Origin: a virus
Taxonomy: Duplodnaviria > Caudoviricetes
IMG/VR virus record: IMGVR_UViG_3300037420_001608
Span: 1 to 45,850 of that record
Direction: 5' to 3' (one strand)
DNA: 45,850 nt
Shown: positions 45,649 through 45,850 of the stretch, piece after piece
Layout of the letters: the number at the start of each line of letters is the position of its first letter
Position numbering within the stretch: position 1 is the stretch's first letter
Notes under the pieces: model-generated
What the model was told of the DNA's origin: nothing
Seen by the model: the letters and a program-made list of their open reading frames with translations, nothing else
Databases searched by the model: none
Made by a program: the position numbers and the translations under genes

Positions 45649-45850
45649 CCTTGCCCCCACCGCCGCACCGCGAGCCGCCACCTCCGACGAAAGACTCCGC
45701 CTCGAGCGGGCCGTGGGGAGAGAGCGTGCCAGGCGCGAGCGTGTGGGCTCATCCCTCGCCGGTCGGGTCGTCGTGCTACGTGACCGGCACCGCCTCGCCG
45801 CACCCACGCCATGGGAGACGAGGCCGGCCAGGAGACGGACGCGCCACACC

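Larger units (their letters stand above)
1..45850. mobile_element. Temperate actinobacteriophage (siphovirus-like), near-complete genome in excised/virion gene order
   Basis: Syntenic packaging, head, tail, lysis, integration, immunity and replication modules; no host housekeeping genes recognised. Confidence 0.95.

Overview
This GC-rich (roughly 70% by eye) window is essentially one complete temperate, long-tailed (siphovirus-type) phage genome with an actinobacterial host. The order is terL, portal, MuF-like, protease/scaffold, capsid, connectors, tail tube, frameshifting chaperone, tape measure, tail tip, lysis, an apparently intact attP with tyrosine integrase, an ImmA/repressor/Cro switch, recombination and replication genes, then terS-like and late-regulator genes. 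Phage genes flank the att-like region on both sides, so this looks like the excised or virion form rather than an integrated prophage. Main points: (1) An envelope-targeting set: a counter-oriented AT3 O-acyltransferase moron, a tail-module LamG+SGNH esterase, an OmpA-like peptidoglycan-binding domain nested in the tail hub protein, and a secreted matrixin-type protease in the lysis cassette. (2) Several antisense, mostly leaderless morons inside the forward operons, including three tiny Cys-rich proteins; some are absent from the supplied ORF track. (3) A structured non-coding element at 8822-8953 and an H-type pseudoknot at 10535-10590. (4) A stand-alone FtsK-gamma protein. (5) A LexA-box-controlled gene beside attP. 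(6) An acidic micro-ORF coupled to the endolysin. All family calls come from motifs recognised by eye; no database searches were run.
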